Assembly (NCBI GenBank): GCA_045863395.1
Contig: BTVJ01000001.1
Location: 1 to 64,000 of the forward strand
DNA length: 64,000 nt
DNA from: Myxococcales bacterium
Lineage (GTDB): Bacteria; Myxococcota_A; UBA9042; JABWCM01; BTVJ01
Direction: 5' to 3'
The notes under the pieces were generated by a model that was given only the letters and a program-made list of their open reading frames with translations, did no database searches and was not told where the DNA came from. Positions 36,888 through 46,458 of this stretch are shown piece by piece. The position numbers and the translations under genes are program-made. Position 1 is the first letter of the stretch. Every line of letters starts with the position of its first letter.

Positions 36888-38600
36888 TCACGAGGTCAGG
36901 GGAAAGGCCCGGCGCCGGAGCTCCTCCTCGTCGAAGCGGTGGGGGGACGGCCCCCGGTCGACGGAGCGGCGAGCAGGAGGGACGAGCAGGTCCGCAGCGA
37001 GCCGGTCGAGGACCGTCTGGGTGGCGGCGAGGCTCCACTGGCCGAACAGCGTGCTGCCCCCCTCGTAGCACTGGGCGACGTACTCCTCGGCCGTGGTCGT
37101 GTACCCCGCATAGGCGTTGGCATAACCAGCGACCACCACGTCGGTCACGCCGGCCGGGGCGAGCCGCGCCAGCGCCGTGGCCTCCAGGCGGAGCCCGGCC
37201 ACGGTGGTCGGCTCCCCCTGCACGCCGACGATGACCACGGGCCCGAGCCGCAGGGCCTGCACCGGCAGGATGGTCGGGGTGAACGGGTGCTCGCCGATGG
37301 CGCCGCGGGCCGTCAGCGTCCGGAAGTACCACACCCCGCGGTCGAGCCACGGCGGCAGCGGGGGGTTGGCCAGGGAGAACAGGTGAAACGCGGTCGCGTC
37401 GGGCCCCCGGCCCGTGTCGGCGAAGAACGCCTTGTTGCGGTGGGTCTCCCAGCCGTCGTAGCGCCCACCCGTGAGCCGACTCAAGGCGCCACGCACACGC
37501 CGCACCGCCCCCGCGAGCGTGTTGAGCGCGCCGACGGTCCGGCGCCAGGGGAACAGGGGCCCCCAGCCCTCGGCGGTGCCCATGACCATGCTCAGGCCCA
37601 CCGCGGCGCCGCTCGTGCGCCCCTCCCTCCCGCCCGTGAAGGTCGGGTCGACCTCCATGCGCTCGAAGTCCGCGTACAGGATCGCTGCGTCGAGCCCCTC
37701 CAGCGAGGCCCCCCGCGCGGCCGCCTCCATCAAGTCCAGGGCGCACCGCGCCTGGAGGGCGCCGTTGTGCTCCGCGCTCGCGACGTCGTCGTCGAGGGCC
37801 CCGATCATCAGCTTCCGCGCCCGATCCCAGCGGAAGTTCGGGCTCACGTCCCCCGCGGCTCCCTGCGCGAAGATCGCCACGAAGTCCGGGTCCCCGGACT
37901 CCGCCTCTACCAACGTGGCCGCGCAGCCCTTGTTGTCGGGGTGGATCAGCGACCAGGAGCTGTGCACGCTCGTCCCGTGCACCGCGAAGAAGCTCGCGAG
38001 CCCGAGGGGCCGCCCGGTCGCGTCCTCGAAGCGCAGCAGGCTCATGCGCCGGTCGGTGGCCCGCCCGCGGTCCTCCCAGGTGACGGGCTCCACCTCGGGG
38101 TTCCGGTTGTAGGCGGACGGCGAGCGGTTGAAGGCCACCGGGCCATCCACGGTGCCGCGCGCCCACCGGACCCGCCCGGGCACCCGCCCCTCGTCGGCCT
38201 GGATCAGGGCCTTCAGCACGCCAGCGATGATCGTGTCGCGCACCTCGGCGCAGAAGCCCGGGACGGACGCATTGTAGAAGACGAAGTGGCTGTACCCGCC
38301 GGGGGCGCTGTGGGTGTGGGTCGCCACCAGCATCAGGTTGGCCTCGCCGAAACCGCGCTGGGCATGCTCGGCCGCGAGCGCGTCGAGCACCCCCTGGCGG
38401 ATGGACTGGGTGATGCCCCACAGATCGCAGCACACCAGGGCGATCTTCCCGCCGGTCGCCGGGTCGCGCACGACGAAGGCCCGCGCGAACAGCGGCGCAG
38501 CCACGCCGTCCGCCTTCTGCTCGTGCAGCCCCCAGCCCATCAGCCCGATGCCGGGCACGGTGCAGGTGATGTCCGCGCGCCCCACTCCGATCTCGAGCAT
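36888..38600 (-). CDS. Neutral/alkaline ceramidase
   Basis: GVGRADIT, LFARAF, ATHTHSAPGGYS, FNRS..AY..NP, FAVHGTS, QGAAGDVSPN, GEPTT, YANAYAGY.TT.EEY..Q.YEGGSTLFG. Confidence 0.9.
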   Translation of the reverse strand: MLEIGVGRADITCTVPGIGLMGWGLHEQKADGVAAPLFARAFVVRDPATGGKIALVCCDLWGITQSIRQGVLDALAAEHAQRGFGEANLMLVATHTHSAPGGYSHFVFYNASVPGFCAEVRDTIIAGVLKALIQADEGRVPGRVRWARGTVDGPVAFNRSPSAYNRNPEVEPVTWEDRGRATDRRMSLLRFEDATGRPLGLASFFAVHGTSVHSSWSLIHPDNKGCAATLVEAESGDPDFVAIFAQGAAGDVSPNFRWDRARKLMIGALDDDVASAEHNGALQARCALDLMEAAARGASLEGLDAAILYADFERMEVDPTFTGGREGRTSGAAVGLSMVMGTAEGWGPLFPWRRTVGALNTLAGAVRRVRGALSRLTGGRYDGWETHRNKAFFADTGRGPDATAFHLFSLANPPLPPWLDRGVWYFRTLTARGAIGEHPFTPTILPVQALRLGPVVIVGVQGEPTTVAGLRLEATALARLAPAGVTDVVVAGYANAYAGYTTTAEEYVAQCYEGGSTLFGQWSLAATQTVLDRLAADLLVPPARRSVDRGPSPHRFDEEELRRRAFPLTS

Positions 38601-38805
38601 GTGTCCTCCGAGGAGCCCCGACGCCATGCCTGGCGGGCGCCAGGCCGCCGGGCGGACGGAGGATTGTTCCATACAGTCGGCCAGTTACGCAACCGTGTCA
38701 CAAGAGGGGAGACAGACGGGCGCCGCTCCGTCATACTCGCCCCCGCAACGATTGCAGGAGCCCGTCAGCCGGAGCGCGCCCCGAGGCGTCCTCCGAGGAG
38801 GAGAT

Positions 38806-41061
38806 ATGGAGGAGCCGACCGCAGCGCCCAACACCGTCGCCGGGCGCCCGGTGCAGCGGGTGCCGTTCCCGCTGGTCGTCGACTTCGGCACGTCGAGCAC
38901 CCTGGCGTGCACCGCGCGAGGCGCCCACGACATGGGGCCGCGCACCTTCCCCGAGGACGGACCCGAGCCGTCGCTGCTGCTCTTCGAGAGCGTCGCAGAC
39001 CCGGCCGCCCCCCGGTTCACGGTGGGCCAGAACGCCCGGGCGCGGGCCTTCGCGTACCCGAGGGCCACGGTGCCGTCGGTCAAGAAGCTGCTCGGACGGC
39101 CGGAGCCTTGCCACGTCGTCGCCATCGACGGCACCGAGGCCGACTTCAGCCCCGACGACATCGCGCGGATGTTCCTCTCCTCCTTCCTGGAGGACGCGAT
39201 CATCCACCTGGGTTGGTGGCCCGATGGGGTGGTCTGCACCTGGCCGCGCAGCTTCAGCCCCTCGCAGTTGACCCGACTCCGGACGCTGGTCGAGGAGGTC
39301 ATGACGACGCTGGCCGCGCGGAACGGGATCGACCAGGTCCCCGCCGTCGAGGCGCCCTTCGATGAGGCCAACGCCTCTGCGCTCTACTGCCTCACGGCCA
39401 TGCTCGACGAGGTCGCCGCAGGCGGCGGCGCCACCCTGCAAGCCCTGGACGGCCGGTCCATCGTCGCCTTCGACGTGGGCGGAGGCACGACGGACTCGAT
39501 GCGCCTGTCTGTCGCGGTGCTGGAGGGCGCGCTACAGACGCTGCCGTCCATCCACACGCGGGTCGACGCCCTGGGCGGCGACTTCGCGTTCGGTGGCGAC
39601 ATGATCACCAGCGCGGTCGTGCGCGTCCTGGAGGAGGCGCTCCGGCGAAACCTGGAGGCCGTCGCGTCCGTGCCCACGGCGGCCGAGGACGGTGATGGCT
39701 GGAGGGCCAACTTCTTCGCCCTGTTCCGCGTGGCGGAGAGCATCAAGGCGCGCCTGTCGGCGGGGGCACGGTTGGTGCTCATCCGGGACGTGCTCTCGGA
39801 GCTGCCGGGCCCCATCCGCGTGATCATGAAGGGCGAGGAGCCGCGGGAGGAGAGCTTCGACGCCGCGCGCCTGTCCGCTGCGGTCGCCGACGTCGCCGTC
39901 GCGCGCGACGACGTGGACGCCCTCGTGCGGCCCGCCATCGAGCGCAACGTGGAGGGCCTCGCCCGGCTGTGCGCCGAGCGCCGTGCGGACGTGCTGGTGC
40001 TCGCGGGCAACGGCGTCCAGTACCCCCTCTACCTGGAGCTCATCGAGGCGCGCCGCGCCGACCTGATCGAGCCCAAGGGGCGCATCGTCTCCTCGCAGGG
40101 GGGCGGCAAGCAGCTCGTCGCCACGGGCGCCTGGCGGGCGCTGGTCAACAACCTGGACGCCTTCCGCCTCGCGGACCTCCGCGCGGCCACGGCCACGGCG
40201 GTCTCCAACGGCGACTACTACTTCCTGACGACGACGGGGCGCATCGCGCACATCCCCGGGCTGCGCCAGCCCTTCATCCGCGCCGGAGAGGCCATCGACC
40301 CGGACCGGGGGCTCACCTACGACACGGGCCAGGAGGATCCGCCCGTGCGCATCCCGCTGGGGGCCTTCGTGGTCGGGCGTCGCCAGCGAGGTCAGGCCGA
40401 GACGGAGCCTCCCCAGCCCATCCAGATGTTCTACCCGGCGGGCCCGGTGCCCCCGAAGGTCAACGGCGCTCGGCCGCGCCCGACCCCTGCCCCTTCCGAG
40501 CGCGACACCCAGTGGGCGGAGGTCAAGGACACGATCCGGGTCACCTGGTCGGACTTCAACGAGGCCATCGGCGCCCTGTCCCATACCCAGAAGGCCGTGG
40601 ACGCCCCCATCGTGCGGTCCCTGGTCGACTGGTGGTCGGATCCGCCGGACCTGAGCCACGACGCGGAGCCCGCGCTGCTCGCCGCCTGCCACACCTGGCT
40701 CCGGCGCATGATGGACGCGTGGACGACCATCGGCCGGCTCAAGGAGACGCGGCGCTTCCGCTACCGGAAGGTGCGGCTCCGGCCGGGGCTGGCCGAGACC
40801 CTCCGGCGGTGCGTGGACCAGGTGGACCGTCTGGCGACGACGGCCACCGCTCAGGCGCCGCCCCGCGAGGCAGCCCCCGTCAACGGCGCGAGCCACGGCG
40901 CAGTGTTCTGCGAGGTCCGGCTCGGCGCGGACCTGTCCATCCAGGCGCGCTACCTGGGCGACGGGTTCACCATCGAGGCGCTGACCACCGGCGCGCCCGC
41001 CCGCTTCTATGAGGCGGCGTCGGTGTTCGACGTGGGGACCGCGCCGTTCGGCAGGGGGTAG
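38806..41061 (+). CDS. Divergent Hsp70/actin-fold ATPase with non-canonical C-terminus
   Basis: VDFGTSS, DEANASA, FDVGGGTTD, GGDMIT, AESIKARLS, LAGNG, KQLVATGA; GAGGAG RBS. Confidence 0.8.
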   Translation: MEEPTAAPNTVAGRPVQRVPFPLVVDFGTSSTLACTARGAHDMGPRTFPEDGPEPSLLLFESVADPAAPRFTVGQNARARAFAYPRATVPSVKKLLGRPEPCHVVAIDGTEADFSPDDIARMFLSSFLEDAIIHLGWWPDGVVCTWPRSFSPSQLTRLRTLVEEVMTTLAARNGIDQVPAVEAPFDEANASALYCLTAMLDEVAAGGGATLQALDGRSIVAFDVGGGTTDSMRLSVAVLEGALQTLPSIHTRVDALGGDFAFGGDMITSAVVRVLEEALRRNLEAVASVPTAAEDGDGWRANFFALFRVAESIKARLSAGARLVLIRDVLSELPGPIRVIMKGEEPREESFDAARLSAAVADVAVARDDVDALVRPAIERNVEGLARLCAERRADVLVLAGNGVQYPLYLELIEARRADLIEPKGRIVSSQGGGKQLVATGAWRALVNNLDAFRLADLRAATATAVSNGDYYFLTTTGRIAHIPGLRQPFIRAGEAIDPDRGLTYDTGQEDPPVRIPLGAFVVGRRQRGQAETEPPQPIQMFYPAGPVPPKVNGARPRPTPAPSERDTQWAEVKDTIRVTWSDFNEAIGALSHTQKAVDAPIVRSLVDWWSDPPDLSHDAEPALLAACHTWLRRMMDAWTTIGRLKETRRFRYRKVRLRPGLAETLRRCVDQVDRLATTATAQAPPREAAPVNGASHGAVFCEVRLGADLSIQARYLGDGFTIEALTTGAPARFYEAASVFDVGTAPFGRG

Positions 41062-41066
41062 GCGCC

Positions 41067-42842
41067 ATGGACGACAGAGCGGGGGAGCAGCGGAGCGGAC
41101 CCGCGGCGCTGGACGCCGCGCTCCGGGGTCTTGCGATGTCCTTGGAGCGGGCCGGCGGGCCCGCGCCGGACCCGGCGGACGGCGAGGGTCTGCCGCAGAC
41201 CGCGCGGCTGGTCGAGCTGGGCGCCGAGTGGCTGGTCCAGGCGGACGAGGCCGACCCGGGCTCCCTGACTCGGTACGGCAACTTGATCGACGCGTGGCAG
41301 GAGGCGTACCGGCTCCTGCGACTGGCGGCCGTGGCCGCAGGGGTCGGCGGGCCGCTCCCCCGGGTGGGCGTTCCAGCCGACGCCTGCGCCGTAGACGTCG
41401 TGTGGAGCGCCCCACCGCACTGGCGCGGCGCTGAGTCCGTGTTCTTCGATGCGGGGACCTTCGGGCAGGTCGTCCTGGCGCGGGGGGTGCTCGGCGCCAT
41501 CACAGGAGGCGCACCGAACGGGACGCGCCCCGTGATCAGCCGCGGCTCCGTGGACGACTGGATGCTCTGGAGGAACGTGGTGATGGCGGACGCCGTGATC
41601 GCGGCGGCCGCCGCCGATCCCCACGGCCCGCTCGTGGACGCGCGCAGGGAGTGCTCGGGCCCGACGTTCTGGGCCACCGCAGACAAGCGCGCATTCACGC
41701 GGCGGGTGTTCGCGCGCGCCCTGTCCGCCGCCCGCTCACAGGGCGAGGTCGACGAGGCGACCCTCGAGGCGGTCGCCGCGATCCTGGGAGACGCGCTGGG
41801 CACGACGGGACCGGAGCTCCCTGCCCCCACGGACCCGGGCGACGCCACAGTGGAGGGAGCCGGGCCCGCCGACGCAGAGCCGGGAACGAGCCCGTCGCCG
41901 CCCCCGGTGCCCGTTGGGGACGCCGAGCCCGACGAGGCCATGCTCGACACCCTGGCGAAGATGACCCAACGATGGGAGGGATGCGGCTCGGAGCAGCTCG
42001 CGACGCTCGCGGGGGTGCTGGCAGGCGTGCTGGCGGCAGAGGGTCAGCGGCGGGAGCGGATCATCGCGCGGGCCGCCCTCGAGATCCAGCGCTCGGTGAG
42101 CAAGCTCGGCATCTACGGGTCTGCCGAACAGCGGCGCGAGGTGGTGCGCACCATGGAGGCGGTCCAGGGGTGGATGACCGCAAGGCACGTCGTCGTACAG
42201 CCCTTGGACGGCGGGCTCGACGCGTCGCGGGCGGAGGTCGAGGACGGCGCCGACGTCCACTTCACGGAGGGGACCGCCGCGCGCATCGTCGTGCCGGGCC
42301 TGACGTTGGCCGACGGGCGGATCCTGCAGGCCCCTCTCGTGCGCAGGCTCGGCCCCGTCACGCCCTACACGGCAGAGGTGCTCTCGGTGCTGCGGCAGGC
42401 CCCCCGGGTCCTGGCCATCGCGGCCCGCCCGCTGCGGGACGCGGCGCTGCGCCTCGCGACAGCGATTCTGGAGAGCGTGGAGGCGGGGCGCGGCACGGCA
42501 CGCCCGAGCCTCCTGGAGTTCCCCCTGTCCTCGCTGTTCAAGCTGCTCCACCAGGTCCGCCACGCCGCATCGGACGGGAGCGTCCACCCCGACGTCATCG
42601 CCGAGATCGAGGCGGTCCTCGATGCGCTGTGCCAGACCCTGGAGGCCCACCACGACCTCGTGGCGGACCCCGTCGCCATCGGCGCCCGCTTCCGCCCGGA
42701 GCGGGTGGAGCCCGTGGGCTTCGTGGCCCGCAGCTCCGAGCACCAGACCAGCGGCGTCGTCCACGAGGTGGTGTGGCCACCGCTGGTCCGCCGCAGCGAC
42801 CAGAGCCTGTGCCTCCTCGGTGGAGTGCTGACCGTGCGGTAG
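41067..42842 (+). CDS. Hypothetical protein with two GrpE-like modules
   Basis: 5 bp downstream of the Hsp70-like gene; C-terminus IGARFRPERVEPVG..GVVHEVVWPPL..VLTV resembles the GrpE beta domain. Confidence 0.6.
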   Translation: MDDRAGEQRSGPAALDAALRGLAMSLERAGGPAPDPADGEGLPQTARLVELGAEWLVQADEADPGSLTRYGNLIDAWQEAYRLLRLAAVAAGVGGPLPRVGVPADACAVDVVWSAPPHWRGAESVFFDAGTFGQVVLARGVLGAITGGAPNGTRPVISRGSVDDWMLWRNVVMADAVIAAAAADPHGPLVDARRECSGPTFWATADKRAFTRRVFARALSAARSQGEVDEATLEAVAAILGDALGTTGPELPAPTDPGDATVEGAGPADAEPGTSPSPPPVPVGDAEPDEAMLDTLAKMTQRWEGCGSEQLATLAGVLAGVLAAEGQRRERIIARAALEIQRSVSKLGIYGSAEQRREVVRTMEAVQGWMTARHVVVQPLDGGLDASRAEVEDGADVHFTEGTAARIVVPGLTLADGRILQAPLVRRLGPVTPYTAEVLSVLRQAPRVLAIAARPLRDAALRLATAILESVEAGRGTARPSLLEFPLSSLFKLLHQVRHAASDGSVHPDVIAEIEAVLDALCQTLEAHHDLVADPVAIGARFRPERVEPVGFVARSSEHQTSGVVHEVVWPPLVRRSDQSLCLLGGVLTVR

Positions 42843-42881
42843 CGCCTTGCCGGCTCGTCGGATCGGGGCTAGGCTCGTCGG

Positions 42882-44350
42882 ATGCACGTCTCCCCGATGC
42901 ACGGGCGCGCCCGCTCGCACCCTCCGGCCTTGTTCCCGCGCCTGACCCCGGCCTGCGCCGCGGCCTTGGTGCTGGGCGCGCTCGCGGCCTCGTGCACGAC
43001 GCTGCGAGAGACCATCACCATCGACGCCTCGGGAGACACGACGAGCCCCTTCGATCCGGCGGGCGGCGGCTTCCCGGGCCCCCGCGGGGCCGGGAGCGGC
43101 GCGGGGGACGTCACCCAGGACGCCGCTGTGGACGGGTCGCTCGACGCGGGCGCCCTCCCCGAGACGGTCGGCGGCCCGGACGGCGCCCCGCAGACCTGCA
43201 CGCCGGACTGTGAGGGGCGACAGTGCGGCACCAACGGCTGCGGCGGCCTCTGCGGCACCTGCCCCCTCGGCCACCAGTGCCTGCCGACGGGGGCCTGCAC
43301 GGCGGAGGGGGGGGCGTATGTCAGGCGGACTGCTCCGGCAAAGCCTGCGGGAGCGACGGGTGCGGCGGCCTGTGCGGCGTGTGCCCGGGAGGGCTGGCCT
43401 GCCTGCCCGACGCCAAGTGCGGCGACCCGTCCCTGTGCACCCCCTCCTGCCTGGGGAAGCAGTGCGGGCCGGACGGCTGCGACGGCCTGTGCGGCACCTG
43501 CGCAGATGGTCTCTTGTGCTCCGCCACGGGGCAGTGCACGGGGGGCACCTGCGCCCCCTCCTGCGCGGGGAAGGCCTGCGGAGACGACGGCTGCGGCGGC
43601 CTCTGCGGCACCTGCCCGGCCGGAAAGAGCTGCGCCGGGGGCCAGTGCACCGGCGGCGGGTGCACGGCGAGCTGCGGCGGCAAGGGCTGCGGTGACGACG
43701 GCTGTGGCGGACTGTGCGGGGTCTGTCCGGCGGGCTCCAAGTGCGCGGGCGGGGGTCAGTGCATCTGCGTCCCGAGCTGCGATGGCAAGCAGTGCGGTGA
43801 CGACGGGTGCGCGGGTCTCTGCGGACTGTGCCCGCCCGGCGCGCTGTGCGGGGCAAACGGCGCCTGCGGCTGCGCCCCGGTGCCAGGGGAGAAGTCGGGC
43901 CCGAAGTGCGAGACCGCCTGGTTCGTCGGCTCCCTCCCCGACACGGGGACCACGCTGATGCTGGAGGGCGTGATCGCGACGCAGGAGGAGGTCGACTGGA
44001 TCCGCGTCGAGGCGGTGGACACGCCCGACGACCTGAGCTGCGACCAGTTCCACTTCCGCGTGCGGTTTGCGTCGAACCCTGCCGGCGCTCTGACGCTGAA
44101 TGTATCTCGGAGCGGCTGCGGGCCCGGCGATCAGCTCTGCACCGGCACCACGAACTTCGAGTGGATGACCGACTTCCTGACCGGGGACACCGGAGAGTGC
44201 CCGTGCACGGTGAAGCAGGATCTCACCGACGTGGGGGTCCACGTCTGCACGGACAACTCCGCGTCGTTTCTCATCGGGGTCCGCCACGCGCCCGGAGTCG
44301 TTGGCGCGTGCACTCCCTACGCGCTTGAGGTGACCAATGGGGTCTACTGA
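42882..44350 (+). pseudogene. Cys-rich lipoprotein (CG.DGCGG.CG.C repeats) split by a frameshift in a G8 tract
   Basis: Repeat pattern runs in the 42882 frame to ..ACTAEGG and continues in the 43223 frame as GVCQADC..; G8 at 43307-43314. Confidence 0.75.
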
Positions 44351-46292
44351 GCTTCGTGCCCTCCTGCTCATCGGGCTCATGGCCTCGCCGGCTGCCCGAG
44401 CGGATTGCCCCGTCGGGAAGAAGACGCTCATCGACAACGGGCAGACCGGCTATGCGGAGACTGGAGACTCCTGGAACACCTGGCCATCCAACCAGCAGTC
44501 CATCGGGCCGGACTATCGCTACCTGAGCAAGTACGTGGGGGCTCCTGGCGCCAAGGGCAAGGCGACCTGGACGCCCAAGCTGCCGGCGGCGGGGCTCTAC
44601 AAGGTGGAGGCCACGTTCCGTGCCACCGAGAACCGGACCAGCGACGCAGACTACTTCGTGCACGCGGGGGACGGGAAGGTCACCCACAAGGTCGTCGACC
44701 AGCGGGACGGCACGGACAAGGGGCAGCCCTCCCACGGCCCGGTCTACGCGGATCTCGGCACCCACTGGTTCGCCCCGGGCAAGGGGCACGTGGTGCTGGA
44801 CGGCACGGACGACTCCCAGTCCGACGAGGCGGACGCCGTCCAGTGGACCCTGGTGTCGTGCACGGACGGCGGGGAGCCGGAGCCACCGAAGGGGTGCTCC
44901 GCCAAGAGCCCCGTGGTGGGCTACGCCGTGTCGGTGGGGGCGGCGACCGGGTGGGAGAGCGAGGGCAACGCACAGGGGGCACCCGACGACGTGTTCGCGC
45001 TCAATCCCAACCTGGAGTCCGGTGAGACTCTCCAGGCGACCGGCTTCGACACCTGCGACCCCGATGGCAGCGAGACGATCACCAGTGTCACGGTCGGGGT
45101 GCGCACCAAGGTGCAGTATGCGAGCGGCAAGTATGCCGTCGTACTGAAGCTGGCGTCGGCGGGTGTCACCAAGACCTTCGCCCACGAGGCCCTCGCCTGG
45201 GACGAGGTGGACGTGACGGCCACCAAGGCCGCCTGGACCTGGGCGGACGTCAAGGGCCTCAGCGCCAAGCTGTCTCTCCACGACCACCCGGGCGGGTACA
45301 TCGACAGCGACGTGTGGGTGGACGCCTTCCGCGTGACGGTCGCCTTCACGAGCTGCGCCCCGCAGGCAGCGAAGGCCTGCATGGACGGGCAGATCCGCTG
45401 GATTGACTCCTGTGGGGCCGTCGGCGGAGTCGCCGACGGGTGCGACGACGGGGATCCTTGCACTGGGGACGGCTGCCTGGGCGAGAGCTGCACCCACGTT
45501 CCGGCTGGAACGCCGGACTGCGGTCCTGGTTGCACTCCGAGGGCGACCAAGGGCTGCCACGGGAACGCGGTGGTGTGGCTGGACTCCTGCGGCACGCCTA
45601 CCGAAGTGGTCGCACCCTGCGCCGACGAGGACCCCTGCACGGAGGACCTCTGTGACCCGGGGACGGGCACCTGCACGCACTCCCCGATCCCGTCCCCGGA
45701 GTGCTCCGCGTGCCCGCCGGGGGTCTCTACCCGGTGCGAAGGAGGCCACGTGCGGTGGGTGGACGGATGCGGCGCCACAGGCGCGGTCGCCGTCGACTGC
45801 GACGACGGGGACCCCTGCACCATCGACGGGTGCGTGGACCAGCTCTGCACCCACACCCACTCCTCAGATTGCGGAGAGGCCCCCGCCTGCACACAGACGC
45901 CGGCGGTGGTCTGTCAGGGCGGCGCGCTGGTATCCCTGGACGCCTGCGGCAAGGTGGTGGGCGTCTCGAAGGCGTGTGACGACGGAGACCCCTGCACCCT
46001 GGACGCCTGCGTGGAGGGCGCCCCGGAGAGCTGCGCCCATGCCCCACTGGAGCCGGAGCACTGCGCCAGCGGCGGGACCCTCGGCGAGCCGGCGAGCCTG
46101 GGCGGCGCCGGGAGCGGTGGCGCAGACGCGGCCGGCGGCTTCTCCAGCGCCCTGGACGCAGGTCATCAGGAGGTGCAGACGCGAACCTGGACGGAGGGCT
46201 GCGGGAGCGGGCGGGGTGGAGGCCCGGTCTCCCTCTCGGTACTCCTGCTGGGGCTCTGGCTCACCCGACGGCGGCGACCCGCCTCGGCCTGA
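44337..46292 (+). CDS. Secreted protein: golvesin/CBM-like domain, Cys-rich repeats, MYXO-CTERM-like tail
   Basis: KATWTPKLP.AGLYKV..NR...A.Y..VDQR..LGT..F..ADAV; CDDGDPCT units; GC..LLLGLWLTRRRR. Confidence 0.8.
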   Translation: MGSTELRALLLIGLMASPAARADCPVGKKTLIDNGQTGYAETGDSWNTWPSNQQSIGPDYRYLSKYVGAPGAKGKATWTPKLPAAGLYKVEATFRATENRTSDADYFVHAGDGKVTHKVVDQRDGTDKGQPSHGPVYADLGTHWFAPGKGHVVLDGTDDSQSDEADAVQWTLVSCTDGGEPEPPKGCSAKSPVVGYAVSVGAATGWESEGNAQGAPDDVFALNPNLESGETLQATGFDTCDPDGSETITSVTVGVRTKVQYASGKYAVVLKLASAGVTKTFAHEALAWDEVDVTATKAAWTWADVKGLSAKLSLHDHPGGYIDSDVWVDAFRVTVAFTSCAPQAAKACMDGQIRWIDSCGAVGGVADGCDDGDPCTGDGCLGESCTHVPAGTPDCGPGCTPRATKGCHGNAVVWLDSCGTPTEVVAPCADEDPCTEDLCDPGTGTCTHSPIPSPECSACPPGVSTRCEGGHVRWVDGCGATGAVAVDCDDGDPCTIDGCVDQLCTHTHSSDCGEAPACTQTPAVVCQGGALVSLDACGKVVGVSKACDDGDPCTLDACVEGAPESCAHAPLEPEHCASGGTLGEPASLGGAGSGGADAAGGFSSALDAGHQEVQTRTWTEGCGSGRGGGPVSLSVLLLGLWLTRRRRPASA

Positions 46293-46296
46293 GGTC

Positions 46297-46458
46297 AGGC
46301 GCCGTTGCAAGACAACCGGTGCCATTCGGCCCCCGCTGCATCCCCTCTGGCAGCCTGGCGAGACCTTGGAAGGACAAGGCCCTGCCTGCGGTCTCACCAG
46401 ACTGCCAGCGGGGCGCATCGGGGCCCTCTATGGATCCGGTTGTTTTGCAGCGGCGCCT
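46297..46458. repeat. ~69-bp-arm imperfect inverted repeat between convergent genes
   Basis: Arm 46297-46365 (aggcgccgttgcaagacaaccgg..gagacc) complements 46390-46458; 24-nt loop. Confidence 0.85.

Noticed and set aside
38806..41061. Calling the gene dnaK
   Set aside because: No recognisable substrate-binding domain, divergent motifs and no dnaJ/hrcA context.
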